NCBI RefSeq assembly: GCF_009834535.1
Contig: NC_045697.1
Coordinates: 91,948,001 to 92,012,000, forward strand
Source: Camelus ferus
Taxonomy: Eukaryota
Length of the DNA stretch: 64,000 bases
Direction of reading: 5' to 3'
The first letter of the stretch is position 1; each line of letters begins with the position of its first letter. A program made the position numbers and the translations under genes. Of the stretch, positions 62,780 to 64,000 are shown piece after piece. The notes under the pieces were generated by a model. The model saw only the letters and a program-made list of their open reading frames with translations, searched no databases and had not been told where the DNA came from.

Positions 62780-64000
62780 TTCTTATTGCTCTTTGTAGAG
62801 ATTTAAAACTTTCCTGCATTTCAATACAAGTCATTTGTGAGATATGTATTTGCAAATACTTTCTCATAGTGGGTGACATCTCTTTTCACTCTCTTAACAA
62901 TAAAGGTTTTAATTTTAATAGTGTTCAACTAGTCAGTTTTTCTTATCACTGATTACACTTTTAATGTTGTATCTAAAAACTTTTCACCAAAACAAGGTCA
63001 TGGATATTTTCTGTTTTTTAAATAGAAGTTTTGCAATTTTACATTTTACATTTAGATCATTGATTTATTTTTATTTTTCTGTAAGTTTTAGGATCATGTC
63101 TAGATTTATGTTTTGCTTTGAACATCGAGTAATATTTGCTGAAAAGATTATTCTTTTCCATTGAATGCTTTTGCATCCTTTAAAAAAAAAATCAATGGTC
63201 TGCCTTTTGGAGGGTCTGTTTCTGGGCTCTCTGTTCATTCCATTGACCTTTATAATATATATTCTTTCACCAGTATTATGCTGTCTTCATTATTGTCTTC
63301 TAGTAAGATTTCAAATTAGATGCTGTGATCCCTCCAACTTTCTTCTACTTCAGATAGTATTGGTTATTCTGGAGTGTTTAACTTCCATACAAACTTTTGA
63401 ATCAGCTTGTTGATATGTAAAAAAACAGCTTGTTGGGATTTTGATTGGGATTACATTGACTGTATAGGTCAAGTTGGGAAAAATTGGCATCTCAACAATA
63501 TTAAGTCTCTCATATATGAACACAGAATATCTCTTGATTTATCTAGAGCTTTGATTTTTTCATCAATGCTTTGTATTTTTTTCATAGATATAGCCTATAT
63601 ATATTTATTAGATTTTTGTCTAAGTACTTCAGGTTTTTTTTTATTGCTGTTGTAAATGGTATCAATGTGAAATTCCACTTGATTTTTGTGTATACAATTT
63701 GATGTTGTATCTTGCTGCCTTGCTCTACCTGCTAGGAGGTTCTAATAGGTTTTATTTTTCCCTCTTTTGGTGGATTTTTAAGTATTTTCTAAATAGGCAA
63801 TTGTATCATCTGTGACTAAAGAATTTTTTTCTTATTTTCTGAACTTTATATAATTTGTGTCTTTTTCTTGTCCTACTGCACTAGTATTGGAGTTCCAGTA
63901 CAATGTTGAATAGGAGAGATGAAAGGGAATATGATTGCCTTATTCCTGATGTTAGGGGGAAGATGTTTACTCTCTCCGTACTAAGTATGATGTTAGCTAT
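62780..64000 (-). mobile_element. L1 ORF2 fragment, runs past the window end
   Basis: GGGTCTGTTTCTGGGCTCTCTGTT, TGGGATTTTGATTGGGATTACATTGA and CCAGTACAATGTTGAATAGGAG..GATGA are antisense ORF2 landmarks. Confidence 0.88.

Noticed and set aside
1..64000. CRISPR arrays, operons, rRNA or other prokaryotic/viral systems
   Set aside because: Mammalian repeat-rich DNA; no repeat-spacer arrays or gene-dense ORFs seen

Overview
AT-rich, CpG-poor mammalian non-coding DNA, either a large intron or intergenic. It is most likely from a camelid, because it carries a tRNA-Ala-derived vic-1-type SINE at ~44.3-44.5 kb. I found no intact protein-coding gene: the listed ORFs are transposon remnants or chance ORFs. 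Much of the window is interspersed repeat: L1, L2, MIR, MaLR/ERVL/ERV LTRs (including a complete LTR-int-LTR MLT1A-type element) and hAT and Tigger DNA transposons. The most notable non-repeat signals are (1) a perfect 32-bp inverted repeat extending to a 165-nt hairpin at 29.68-29.84 kb, (2) a 34-nt tailless U2 snRNA retropseudogene with a perfect 17-bp TSD, (3) a small CpG/ETS/STAT-motif cluster at ~9 kb followed by + strand splice-site-flanked segments, including a 22-nt microexon candidate, and (4) a perfect 49-bp tandem duplication. I could not identify the host gene and see no convincing evidence of a new biological system. Repeat family names come from recognition by eye, not a database search, and boundaries of old repeats are approximate.
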